From positions 8,184,001-8,248,000 of the forward strand of contig CM120647.1 in NCBI GenBank assembly GCA_051362555.1: DNA of 64,000 nucleotides, read 5' to 3'. A model generated the notes under the pieces. That model was not told where the DNA came from and ran no database searches. It saw only the letters and a program-made list of their open reading frames with translations. Origin of the DNA: Lingula anatina (lineage: Eukaryota; Animalia; Brachiopoda). The translations under genes and the position numbers were made by a program. Positions 14,101-28,025 of this stretch are shown piece after piece; position 1 is the stretch's first letter; every line of letters starts with the position of its first letter.

Positions 14101-16249
14101 AAATCGATCGTTTATTTTAAGGCGCCGTATGCCAACTTATGTAATCTGTTTCGAGAGAAAGACAATTATGCTTTAATCATTTATAAAAGTTCAACTCGAT
14201 TATTGCCAGTGTTCGTGACCCTAGTCAAATATGAACACAGACATTAGTTTTCCTTTAGTAAAGCGCGTACGTTGACCCACTACCTCGAAGGCAGCAGTTG
14301 AGAGGATGTTGGCTTATGATTCTGGCGCGAAAAGGAATGAGGGTCATTTCTGCCTGTTGTGATTTAAATGACAATCGAGCTGCGGTTTCGACCGTTATAA
14401 AAACAACCACTCCAGAAAGTTCTTTGGTGACCTACTGTGGCTTAGGCTACTGTTCACTCTCGACACATATAGAAAATGCGGGCGATCAAATTATTATAAG
14501 AATACATTAAAAAATATATATAATTGACTTGGACGGTGGGATGTTTTTTTAATCAATACGTAATGAATAGCGTTGCTATATTAGTCATGTTTACAAGATA
14601 GGCCTATAATATCGGCTACAAGTGATTATGTTTAGCTGAAATCATTATTCGGCTATTTAATTTATTAATTTTCAATATAAGATAAATTCTTAATGAAGGC
14701 GCCAGGAAGTTGCAACATGCATAGGCATACATGCCCAATGACAGCACAGTTCTGTACGAGAAATACGATCATACAACTCTAATTCTTATTTTAAGTACGC
14801 TTACCTGACTCTCTCCCATTTCCTGTTGTTGTTTCCATTCCAAGTGCGTTACCTAGCAACAAAATTATTGTGACGCCACAAACAAAGCGATTTACGGGTG
14901 ACTCGCTCTCGCGTTTCTTGACACCTTCGATTTCCACGAATTTTGTCATAATGTGATACACTTAACCAATACAATAAATACTTGTTTGCAAATTTAGTCT
15001 GTTTGTTAATGTTCTTTTTTTGCTGCTGTTGTTGTTTTATTTTTAAATGATATAAAACTTCCCTCCATCATTTGTGAATAGTTATCAAATATATCCTTTG
15101 TTGTTGTCATAATGAGGGACGTGATTGTTGACCTTATTTACGCGCGTGTACGGGTCGTTTGTTGACACGGGGAATGGGTGAATCAAAGGCACAATACTAC
15201 TGAATGTTATTTCAACACGCTCAAAAGGACTGACATACTTTGCTCCGCTATGAATTATTTTGGTTTACCTCTATTAAATGGTATAGAGGAAAAGCTGGTA
15301 TGAATTTGATTATTAGTTTTGATTATAGAATAATCTATAAATATTCAACTGTATATAGTTCACGGCTGTTTATTTCCACTTAAATATAGGTTAAGCTAAT
15401 TTCTGTTTATTGTTATTATAAGACATCATAATGTTCGCATTAACTCATATTTTGTACTCTAAGTATAGGCAATGATAGTGAGGGCTGCAGACCTGTAGGG
15501 CCTAATACTGAATAAATGTTAGAAATAATCTATCTCTCTTAAAAATTAGTTCTGCCTGGTCGCTTTAATCAGAGCGATATATCTATGGGAAACACGTGTT
15601 ATTATTTAATTAATTTATTAAATCATTAATCCATCAATTAATTAAACTCAAGACCCCTTTTCAAGACTACTACACCCCATCTCGAGTTTCAAATGACACT
15701 ATTAACACGCCTCTCTGCCAATACACCAGATATGATAAAGAAAAATTGAAACGGACTGTTCTGACTTCACAATACATCGACCTTATCACAAGTCCTGTTT
15801 AAGGTGAACCGAGGTAGAGTTCTCAGAAATCCGGTGTCACCTTGTGACTACCGGAAATTACGTTTTAAAACTTAAGATCCTGTATAACACGACAGAGTTA
15901 CATGTATACCATTTGTCTCTGCTTTTAAGTCATATTCACAATTACAAAAAGGGAAGCCGAATTAAGAAACAAAAGTCTTCGCGGTGTAATAAATATAAAT
16001 AACAAATGTCCACCCTTTTGGAATCGACAGAAAAGTGAGACACTGTGGCGGTCCAAAAATTGTCGAGGTATTTTTTTTTTTTTTTTTTTTTGGCCTCATT
16101 CTATCATCCTGACTCTTTTGATCGCTTCCACCAAAACCAGTTGCCACGCCTGAGATAATTTCGTTTGAGTCAGTCGCAGGTCCGAGCGTTATGTAACCTT
16201 CCTACCCGGAGAACATATCCGTGTTCAGGGCTACTATAAAAAGTAATAG

Positions 16250-16423
16250 CAGGCCCGTAGCCAGGGGGGGTCGGGTGGGGGGGGGGGGTCGAAAGAACCG
16301 CCCCTTTTGTAAGGAAAGGTCCATTTTGGATAAAATTTGATCTAGGTACCCATAAATTTGATTGTAAAAGGTCCACTTTTTCAGAAAAAGAACCCCCTTT
16401 TGAAATCGCTGGTTACGGGCCTG
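16250..16423. mobile_element. hAT-like MITE
   Basis: TIR CAGGCCCGTAGCCAG / CTGGTTACGGGCCTG; imperfect 5-bp flanks AATAG/AATAC. Confidence 0.65.
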
Positions 16424-17809
16424 AATACAGTCCCTGCATTTAGTTTTATCATACTTCCTATTAATCACATGTGTTACATTTAGTTCCTTTATTATTCCTA
16501 TAAATTACACACATTTAGTAATAGTTATTGGGCACGCAGGATTTAGAATGATTCCCTATAAAAAAGAGGGCTTCTCAGGTAGTGAAGAAGGACCCCGAGA
16601 GATCGTCGTGACTGTCCCTGCCTGCGTGCCAACCTGTAGCCCGTGTGGGAAAAATAAAAAGCTACATGATCTACGATTGGAGTTGTTCTTCATTTTTCGA
16701 GCCGCGGTTCGATAAATGTATTAACCAACCCAGGTTACACCGGCATGAAAATCAATTTCAATTCCATCTTTATCTCTGTTTAAAAGAACTGAATGTATCA
16801 AAACAATCATTTTAATAGCAGAATCAATTATATGAATATGAAAAGGATGGGGTCCTAAACCGAAAAGATAATGAACGTTACTACTCACCATGCTGATGAG
16901 ATTTTAAAAATTCTTCTAATCAAATGTGGACTTAAACTTCTAGAGGAAGCAAATGTTGTTTTTTTAAATCTTTTATCCAACCGCCACATTTCCTTTTAAT
17001 GGTAAATTATAATGATTTTGCACTGATTGTAGCGACTTCTTTTGGATGCTCAGATTAGAAAATTTTCACAACAAAAGGTTAAGGAGGAGGCAGCATTGCT
17101 TATAATGTTTTATTTACTTATTTTTTCTATTTATTTGTCATGTGGATTTTTTGTCAATCAACTGTACATTACTGCAGGTCTCAGTTTTTTTACCTCTTTT
17201 ACGCACGCGGCGGAGTCGTTTGCCCACAAGGTGCGCCGGCAAATAAAAGACACAGCGTTGGTTTTTTAATTATTTTAACCAGCTGCATACGCCACTGCAT
17301 TCTGTCTTGAATACGTAAAATGTGCACCTGCCAATGTATCAACTCAAAGGTCATCGTGCCCTTACTTATGTTTTTTCGTTACGGGATTCTGGTCTTTCAC
17401 TAAATCCACATCCTTATCCTTATCTCCTTCATAATATTTAAACTGCGCTCCAAGATTAAGAGGTTAGAACGACAGGCTGTGAGACAAGTGAGTATTACAA
17501 TTTGCATTGCGACTGCTGCGACCGTTCACTACTATCGCATTTAAGCGCTCTCGTTGGACAGTAAATCCTGTTTAACCAGAAAAGAAAAAAAGCAGTGGAT
17601 ATTCCACAAAAAGCGACTCATTTTGTGTAATATTTGCATAATTATTTGATATCACTTTTCTAAAAACGTGGTTCTTAATTTTTTTACTAAAATAACATAA
17701 ATTAAGTAAATATAACACAAAAAAATGAGCGTTGCAGACATGACTAGGAGTCACTTTTTTTGTGAAATGATCCGAAAAACGAAGGAGTTCAATCTTAACT
17801 TACAAACCA

Positions 17810-17853
<44 letters not shown>

Positions 17854-19140
17854 TGGAGATCAGATGCATGCCAGCTTTTGCATTTTCAAATCTCGAGATC
17901 GATATGTGCGTTCCTTTATCGCTCGGACAAAGTCAATTCCCTCACAGTTATCGAAATTGTCATCAATAATCAGGACTGGAGCTCTTGTAGGGACAGGTTT
18001 CACTAACAAACTTAGGGCAGAACATCGGTAATAATTTTTAAAGTAAATTTTTTGTCTATTTCACTTCAGGTCTTACATGTAGGCCTACATGTACGTCTCT
18101 AGCAGAACTTAACCAAAAAATAGAAAAAGAAAACATTCATCAACTGACTAAAACAGTGCCAATTCCTCCCTCTTAAAAAAAACGCAATATTTTATTTAAC
18201 TAGTAGACTACCACATTTTGGATCAAAATTGACTAAAAGTTTGAGCTAAAGGTTTGGACCGATTTTTAGACTAAAGTTTCTTGTTAAAACGAGACCCTGG
18301 GAATGTTCTGTTAACATTTCGTTGTTGACTCGGACATACAGGCAGCGGAGTCTTTGACCACTTTCATCACACAAGAGGCCTCTGTCCCTCGTCTACGCGG
18401 TGGTCACTCTTCTGATACCACTGACCACACTGTAAACAGGACGTATGATACCCTGACCAGATACATGGAGTACACAGACTCTGTTATCTGCCGGTATTGA
18501 TATTGTCTTGATATTCCAAAGCCGAAGACTTGTTTCTTTGTGTCTGCAACGGGTATCTCTTCACATGCAGTTTAGCCAAGTATAGCAGATTTATTCTTTA
18601 TCTTAAAATAGCCAAACACAGCAGATTTATTCTTTATCCTAAAACATTTTTGCAAACCGAGGTCATTTCCGTGGGGTGCAGGTTTTATTAAGCTTCATAT
18701 TCCTTACTCTATACAAGGAGTTATAACAGAACTCTGTTATAACTCTTTGCTCTATACTAGAGTTCATCTGAGTGATGGCATTAATCCCATTCAAAAGCAC
18801 ATGCTGATCACAGAAGAGAAAAATGTAACAAATGATCCAGACACGCCGGTGAATATATCTAGTGAAAAATCAATCTTAGGTCCTGGTAGTGGGAACAGGT
18901 AGTTATCCCACAAGGCAACTTAAAATAAACGCCCTTAAATAAGACCACAAAAAAAAAAAAAACAAACTATTTTCACAAATATACATTTGAAGACAAAAAC
19001 ACATCGCAAAATTATTTCTTGAAGTTTTAATTATCTGTACCTTTTTAAACAAGGGAAGATTTTTCGTGCAAGGCCTAAGAATAACTTTTATTGCCTATTG
19101 AAAGATAATATAAAAATGTCTCGAAACATGCATAGACTTA

Positions 19141-19366
19141 CACCCCATTTCCATAGATTTTTAGATCGATCTATCCCTGTGGGGAGTCTCACTAGATTAC
19201 TGTCAGCTTGGCCGGCTTAAGCGTCTGCCCCGCCTACTAAAAGCTGTAAGGGAGTAATTAACTATGGTGCCCGCTTGGCTGACTGCAATTTAGCGTGAAC
19301 CCCCAGGGAGTTAGGTCGATCTAAATCTTAATCTCTAGATCGATCTAAATCTCTGGGAAGGACCCA
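19141..19366. mobile_element. MITE, TAGATCGATCTA family
   Basis: Alignable over its whole length with 56653-56867. Confidence 0.7.
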
Positions 19367-19613
19367 TATTTCCTTCATCGTTTTCGTTCTGGTACACAAA
19401 AATTAATTCTTTCAAAGATTAAGTCTATTAAAGCCAATAACAATCAAGTAATTTTGAACATGTCCAATATATAGACATATTTAATCCTACTATCCGTCCA
19501 ATATATGGTCAATCATACTTAACAGTCATGCGCCAAATATATATATATATATATATATCCATTCCGCGCATGCCTGGAAAGACACCGCGCGAACGTTGCC
19601 ATGGAGATCAAAA

Positions 19614-19862
19614 TCACGCGTAGCTGAACTCACAGACGAAGCCGTTTCCGTCCTGGCAGTTTTTGTCGTTGAAGGCAAAGGATCTAAAGAGCTGCAGGCA
19701 CGGTTCACGGTTCAGTTTGGCGTTCGGTTCCCCGCGATCCCAGTTGGAAAATGTGAACTCTTTCCCCGTGTAAACCCACCTCCATTTCCCCGTGGCTTCA
19801 TCCAGGTAACCGCTTGCCCAGCTGTCTCCCAGATTTTCTTTACAAATAAAATAATATTATAA

Positions 19863-19913
<51 letters not shown>

Positions 19914-21721
19914 GACTGATTATTTCCATAAATTTGAAAGGGTCACAATACTTCTCTTAATTCATTTTAATTCTACTGGTAGGCCCCACTCATCTGTCTT
20001 TTCTTCATATTTCATCCTGAGTTTAATAACAATAGCAATGTTTTTCAGTCATCGTAGGCATTATACATGTATAAAAAACATTCGGAACTGCTTGATACTG
20101 TTTGTTGTACAAGAGAGTTCTCTAAACTCTAAAACCCAGGGTGCAATATAATCTATGTTCCACACGTCGTCTAAGTTTCAAATAAATTAAAATAACCATG
20201 TCGATGAAAATAAAAACCCTTCATCATATCCCAAAATCGAGTGACTGATATGTTCCAGTAATATCGACCAGTAATATCGATTTCAAGAAGTCGCTTTAAA
20301 CTGAAATTTGTCGTCACGTGTGTTTCTCTAATTTCATCGGTATCTTTAAAACTGACGAAATGATGAAGATCTTAAACAAAATAAAAAAATATCCTTTTAA
20401 ATGGGCAATATTAAAAACATCTCACCGTTCTGAAACACCTTGTTCTTTAAGATGTCCAACTTGGCGGCAGAATCCACCGACAGTAGTTGACCGCCTCGAA
20501 CTTCACAGTATTTGCGGGCGTCGAACCAGTTGAGGCTGATCCAAACACGGAGGAAGCAGGAGCGGAGTTCTGGCGAGGACTTGAAATTGGCTGGGCAGGC
20601 TGATATGATGAAAAAAGCAATGGACGACTTGAAAAAAATATGTATTTTTACCTTGTCTAGGAGAACGTACAATAGAAAGAAATAACTAGCTTTATCTTTA
20701 CACCAATTATTAGCCAGCTTTACCTTATATCTAGCGATAACTCAGTTACCACTACTGATTCATACATATATAGTTTGCAATTTTCTTTCTTTTGAAATCT
20801 CCTGTCGATGGCGAAAAATACCATCAATTTCAAATCCCCCAAATAAGATTAACCCCCAAAAATGTATGGAAAATATCATAGAAGCACCTTCGTCAAACTC
20901 CAAAATATTGAAAAAAATTTAAAGAAGGAAAAAGGTTGTAGAGCTGCGAGCTAATCGCCGTAAAACAGGCGTTGATATTAAATCATCCTCATCTGTGTAC
21001 ATGCAATAAAGACTTAAAAGCAAGCTTGCTGCTAGTGCGCGCTTGACTTTTTGACAAAAAACAAACCTGTAAACTTCTGCAACTGCGGCTTCAGAGTTCC
21101 TTGCTTCAACGCAGAGACTTCAGCTACTTGTACCTGAAATCCATATGTACACATTTTTAAATTTCCTATTCTAAGCTTTCACATAAACTTCATCTAAAAG
21201 ATATATAATGCGTAGCATTCTCCCTGACTGTAGTTGATTAAGTTGGATATTTTTCCGTTTTATTGGCGCTGCATGCGTACATTGCAATTTGTTTCATTAT
21301 TTGTTATTCTAAACGGTCACTGAATCAAAACAATGCCATGTTTTGGCAATATTTAATTAAAAACCAACTTATTTATTAATTTGAAAAAAAAATTAAATAC
21401 CTGTAAAGACGTCTTGAGGACATCCACCGTCCGCACCAATTGATCAATCTGCGTTCTCATCGAGGCGGCGTCTCCGAGGGCGATTTCATTCTCAATCAAC
21501 AGCCTCTGGATCTGCTGGCTCTGGGTGGTCACAACCGCAGTGAGGTTGGCGGTGGCCGCTTTGCACGAGCAGGTGTCCTTGGGAACATCGACGCCATTCC
21601 CGCCGTCGACCGGATTCGGCATTGTGGCGGGATTCTTCGGCTGTGGCGGAGTCACAGCGCCTAGGGCTGTGCTGGTAAGCGCCACGAGCGAGAAAAGCAC
21701 GAAGAGATTAGAGAAAGCCAT
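19614..21721 (-). CDS. Secreted C-type lectin with Pro-rich N-terminus and coiled-coil neck, about 261 aa (exons 21721-21401, 21133-21067, 20599-20426, 19837-19614)
   Basis: Signal peptide MAFSNLFVLFSLVALTSTALG; CTLD CPANF...SCF...LNWFDARKYC...GGQL...WRW...FSNWDRGEPN...EPCLQ...FNDKNC...FVCE; phases 0/1/1 consistent; TATA-like ATATAAA about 21776-21782. Confidence 0.9.
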
Positions 21722-24679
21722 GTTGAAGGCTCGGTGTAACTTCAGCGAAGTGTCTGGTCACAGATATTACCTGCGTTTATATTGGGTAGGTTTTGGAGAG
21801 ATAGGGTTATCACGAAAGGGTCACGGAGTTGTCTGGCGGTTTTATTGATTTTCAGTGTAGGTCTTAACTATCTCTGTTATCGTTAGATTTAAAGATTTCA
21901 TGTCTCATCATTTTGTGAAAGTGTTTCTTAATTGTGCATGATTTTCATCATTTCATCGTGGTCTACATACCTTCTGTCACAATAAAAAGAAAGCACTTCT
22001 GTTTCTTTGAGCTTTTCTCTGTTACACATTATACCCATTGTAAACCCCCCCCCCTCCCCATTCTCCCACTCCTGGTAGCTTTTATCTAGTGGGTAGAAAG
22101 AGATATTGAAATCACCCTCAGTCTGGACGATATCTAGTCCAGATACCGCCACTTGTCCGATCGCTTCATAAAGTAAGGCTTCAGCGGCATTGAGGGCAGG
22201 CAATCCATTGGCGCGAAATATTATAAATCCGGTGAAAGATTTTTTTTCGCGTTTTTAATACTTTTCTTAAAAACATTCCCTTTTAATTAATTTATTCGAA
22301 GGCCTTCACCCAAACGCCTTCCCATGCACTTTTGCTTTTTATTACAATCACCTGCCATTAAAAACCTCCGTACCTCAAATTTCACTTTCTTTATTACATT
22401 TTTTTAACAAATAGATTTTCAGTTGTTTTTAAATATCAAATAACTGAAGCATGACAGTTAAACTTTAATTTGACATCAAAACTCGCCAATCATTTAGGAA
22501 TTACTGATATCAACAGACACTACTAAATTATGCTGTCATAGTTGAATGACATATGGATACAGGTTTCGAAATTATCGCGCTTCTATGTAACCGCCAGATG
22601 TCACCACTAGCTAACCCATAATTTACTTGCCAAAAGCCGAGTCAGTTTACTCAATAGATGATGTAAGCTGGATCACAATGGTGTACTGTTGACTCAATGT
22701 TCACAAGCACTATAAAGCCAGTCAAATTTTTAAGGGGACGTATACGGAAATCTGAATTTTGGGGTTCTCATTTAAAATTTTAAGGTCGTCTTATTACTCT
22801 CTACCCACTAACCGCCTTTGCTAGAGTTTCAAAAGCATGCTTCAACATTTCGGAATTATGATAATAATATAAAGAATGGTTTTAAAAAACACAAATTTAA
22901 AACACAACAACAATTTACGCTGTTTGTTCGCTGAAGAAAAGTAAAGGGCAAAGTTTGATCTTCAAAACGTAATATAAACTCCGCATATCCCCATTGTACC
23001 TTATGTATAAACAGGTGACGGCTCCAAAGCGTGACTTCAAAGCCGTATTTTGCTTTCACTCATACTAATTTGCGTAGCGCCAGCAACCCATTTAGAAGTA
23101 GTTTAAAATACAACGAAGAGGAAAAAATATAGGGCCTAATCCAGATTATTAAAAAGGGGAGGGAGGGGGCAAAGATAAATCTGCTTCCCCTGGTGACGTC
23201 ATTCAGGCCTGAACAGGTTAATTTATACAGTCCCGTTCACATCAGTCTTAACATAAAGCTCGATCAATTTATTCTTTTATGGGAATTGCCATTTAACCCG
23301 TTCGTCTCATTCGTGACTCGTTAAATCTGCCAAACGGATTAAAACCGGGCTGTAAGTTAGACCCGGTGTGTCTGCATCTGAACGAAGGTGTAGGGAACAG
23401 AATATGGGACACCGCTTCATACCTGCGCCTATTCATGTCCCCGTCACTCAGAGCTGGCTGTAGTATATAAAATATAGCACGCCTAATGCATTTGTCCAAA
23501 CAACTCAAACAATTGACTTCGACTTCGTAATGCGTTACCCCTGTGACCGGTCAATACACTAGTATATGTACCTGGTTTGCATAAAGGATACGTATGTGAT
23601 TTAAGTCTCGGGATTGAAGTTATAGGCGATGGCTCTTACAGGTTGAGGTTTATAGTTGTAGTCGTTACCTGCTGATGTGAGGAGGTGGAACAAGGGATGC
23701 AGTTAAGGTGAGTGAAATCCGGCTGTTAACCACTGTTTAATTTTTGGGCGTGTGACACTTGTGGCACTCCCGCTCAGTATGTTTAAGTTTATGAAGGTAA
23801 GAATACATGACAATCGTCTATAGGTATGCACTTTTAATTGTCCACTGGAGTTTAAAAATGCAGCGACCACGATGTGGCATAGTGTCCATGTTCGGTATGT
23901 CTTTAACACAATAACGGAGAGTAAGGCCCACATAAAAGACGACCCAACAAGCAACCATTGTGAACACATCTAGCGTGTTCTCAAATTTCAATTTTTTAAC
24001 ACCTTATGGCGTAAATATGCCGTGCCTATTGATAAACAAGATGGTGGAGACGGTGACGACCGCTCCCCCTACATCATGTTTGTTTTGCCATAAATATACC
24101 ACAGCGCACGTTTTTAGCGATTTCCCTGGGGATTCGAGTAGTAGCTGAGTCCTAGTACAATCAAAACACAAGTTCGTACCAGAAGCTTGTACCTCCGTAT
24201 AAGCCATACATTATATGACATTCATATTATACGTTAACAAATGGGAGCCACCCCTGACACAGATAATACACATTCCCTATAGATGTTCTGCGGGATCTTA
24301 TGGGACTTGATAGGAATCTTACAGGACTCTATGAGACTTAATGCATGTTGGGATTCCGTCGGACGTCCTATTGGATTCCTGTCTAGAACATATGTGCTTA
24401 AGGATTCTATTAGATATTGAGCCAATTTCCCTATACATGAATGAAACGTTATACAGCACCCTATAAGATTTTTAGCCAATTTCCCTGTATAGGACGTAGG
24501 ATATGGTAGGAAATTTCCATGTGAGTGGTTAGGGACAGTTGAGGGGGGGATTATTCGTCATTTTCTCCCATGTTTTCTGTCAAACCACAACTTGTATTCC
24601 ATTGTTCAATGTAGTGATGATACGGGTTAAATCCTAAAGCCAACAGACACTATACTGTCAAATGGATGGATACAAATCC

Positions 24680-25166
24680 CAGGGCCGTAGCCTGAGCAAA
24701 ATGCCAAGGGGGGCAGTAGCAGACACGAGGGGTCGAAGCCCCCGAGGGGGGAGGGTATGGGAGGGGGTGTCCCCCTCCCATGGTGTTGAAAATTTTTAAA
24801 AACTGTATGTATAATACTGCATTCTGGTGCATTTTAACTGTTTTATTGCTCAATCAGAAGTCAGAAATTGTGGGTTCATTTTGCCATAAGTATAGCTCCC
24901 CTAAGGATAGCTCCCTAAGGGAGGGTGAGCTTTTTGGCATGAACTGAGTTGGCTAAAAACAGTACACCTTTGTTAACAGATTGTTGAATGATTGTCTAGT
25001 GGCCATGAGTGCATTTTCTCACAGAATTGATACCAACTTTGCAATTATTTTTTGTTAATTATTATTTTATTAATTATTATTTACCTTTGCGATTATTATT
25101 TATTTATTTATCTATTTTTTGCACATCAAATCCCAGGGGGGGCAGCTGCCGGAGGCTACGGCCCTG
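24680..25166. mobile_element. hAT-like MITE
   Basis: TIR CAGGGCCGTAGCC / GGCTACGGCCCTG with 6-bp TSD AAATCC. Confidence 0.75.
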
Positions 25167-25787
25167 AAATCCTGAACATCGACTTTGCCGCAGGTACCCT
25201 TGCAAGGGCATGGAAGAACAATGTTGGTGTAATAAATATATGTGTACCTGTATGATAACAATAATTGTCAATTTCCCTGGCATATAACAAAATCAATTAT
25301 GTACCGATACCACATGGATTTGTCTCAACCGTAGTAGAGAGCCTACTCATATATCAAACGCCTTATTCAGAGCACAGCGAATTACTTTGATCATTATTAT
25401 TTAATTGAACGTTGGAAAGCAGGCATCGCAAAAAGAAATAAAAACCGTGCAAGCTAAAGAAAATCGATGCCCATCTTGGTACCGTCACCACGTTGAACAG
25501 ATGAAAGTGAAATCAATACCCAAATACGGCGAGATAAACCATATGGGCTGTGGGCTGTGTAAATATATCAAGAGTCGAGGCCGTCTCAAAGGCGTCATGA
25601 CGACTGGGGATGATCAAGGGTTGGTCCAGGGGCGCGGTGGGGTTGCTTTCCACCCGATCTCCTTTTTAAATTAACAGCATAACGAGTGAAATGAGTGAAA
25701 CAGCAAGCGATTTTCTCATTTTTATTTCCTTCATATCATAGTAAAATTTTGTCTGTTGTCCTACACTCAATTTTTCTTATTCTCGTG

Positions 25788-25831
<44 letters not shown>

Positions 25832-28025
25832 TTTCGTATAAAAATTACTCCAGTAGGAGACGGATGGTTAACACCCGCCACAGGGGGGGTCCAGAGATAT
25901 TTTCCAGAGATATTTTCTGACAGTCTTCCAAATGATCTTTGTTGACCCATGCTCATTTTTGACCGTCTTCCAGCAGAAAAAATTACATACCCGTTAATGT
26001 AAACTGAAGACCCAGAAGACGGCCTAAATCCGCTCCTGGCCTGCCTATTACAGTTACGTGTTCTTTATTATTATTATAATTACCCAGCAGCAAAATTCTC
26101 TTCTATGACACAGAGAGACACGCGAAGTCAGAGCTACAGACTTATAGCACCGATATCGAAATACAGGCTTGACATTTAATATGGAATATTTTTTCCAAAT
26201 CATAATTTATCAGTTTTTTTCCTACTTTGCTGACTGATAAATGAAAATAAGGATTAAAATCATATTTTCATAACTTTTGATAATCTATTCGATGTCAGTG
26301 TGACATCAGTTCATTAACTGAATTCGCCAGTGAAACATACAAAAATACATTGCCTATTTTAAGTCATACGACAACCATTGATAGCGATATTTTGGATCTC
26401 CATATTTTCCTAATTATTGTCTTTAAAAGAATTACATGTCCCACAAAGGCCCCCCATGTCAGTGTCTAGTCAAAGCAACAGTCGCTGTTACGCTTGACCT
26501 CATCTTGCTGCTACCAGAGGTTTCAAGCCGCAAGGTATTCCTTATGATAGATTTTTAGAGATTAATCTGAAATAAAATTCCAGGCAACCGTTAAAACTTG
26601 TCCAATTTGGCTCAGTTTTGTTGTAGGACATGCAGGCTGTTGATTCGGGGAGTAATGACCTACCGACATATTGTCTATGTGGTTCAATTATGGCGATTTA
26701 GATGACCAAGGTAGCTACTCATTCCCTTGGTTCTGTAAGTTATCTGCTATTAAAAGTGCTCTGTGTGAACCGGCAATCTCATCGTGCAACCTTAAATTGT
26801 TCCTAAGGTGCCCCCTATCAAATGAAAGTCAAGTGGTTCCCAGATTATTCCTTTATATGATCTGGTTCAGGTTTTCATCGATGACTACCATTGGTGTTTT
26901 GGCACCAATGTGGTTTCCACTCCAAATACTGACACTGTCAATGACCTTAGTCACTTAAGAAGTGGCACACGCTTCGTCGTAGGCCTCTTCAGGATGTCTG
27001 TAAACTCTGTTTAGACCAGTTTAGCGGTACAGGTGAAATCTGACCCCAATAAAGAATGCCACGCGGTTTCAGTGTTCTACCCAGAAACGGTCATGGCCCC
27101 CAATTCATTAGAGAAACAGACTACGCAACCTTGCTGTTTACAATGGCTTCCTCAGAGGTCATCTGGTATCTTAACCTGCTGAAACCAGTTTGGTGTTCGC
27201 TAAGAGCCTTGAAAAACGCGTTTTGGTGACAATTTGCCCCTCATTCAAAATGGACTTGGTGGTTTTGGTTTAATTGCAGCAGCATATCCTGAAGGACAGT
27301 GAGTCCTGTACCCTGGCGGTAAGACGTCGATGCATTGGGTGTGGTCTCTGTGTAGGTACATCAGTCTGGGCATTACTCTATAAAACTGTATAGACCATTC
27401 CGTTTGACACAATAATCTGTCTGGCAATGTCTGTGCTTTTCGTGCCATTCTGGCACAGCTTGACAATTTTGTAAAACACTTCTTAACTCATTTTACGCAC
27501 TGCAAAACCGACCGCTTGCATGTAAAATTTCAAATTCTTCTATACAGTAGTTGCCGACATATGGATACTTTTTTAACAGAACCATGCTTCACCATAGCCA
27601 AGCTTTGACCAGCCCAAAGGAGCACTGCCCAATTAAATCAGTGCATATTACACAAGGCAACAGTGCAACAGACTTGGTAGTCAGTTAATTGGCAGCGACA
27701 CACTTGACTTCACACTTCTCCAGTCAGATGTCTTATATGAGATCTGAATTTTTTGAAAAAAGAACGCATTTTTTCCTAGGTATACCTTTAAAACTGAAAT
27801 ATTCCATATTAAATGTCAAGTCTGTAATAAAATGTATCACAAATACTGTATTTTATATTATGCGTTATTTATTTATTTATTTATTTATTTTCATATGTTT
27901 TCCTTAATTAATTAAATTATTTATTTATAGTTTTCTATTTCTTCTTTCTTTTACAGATGAAACCAAAATGACAGCATATTATTTACCGGATGGTCCCAGT
28001 GTTGTGATAGCGTGAGAGGAGAGAC

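Noticed and set aside
18716-18747. Perfect hairpin GAGTTATAACAGA-AC-TCTGTTATAACTC as ncRNA or terminator
   Set aside because: Most likely the end of a short repeat element; no other supporting evidence
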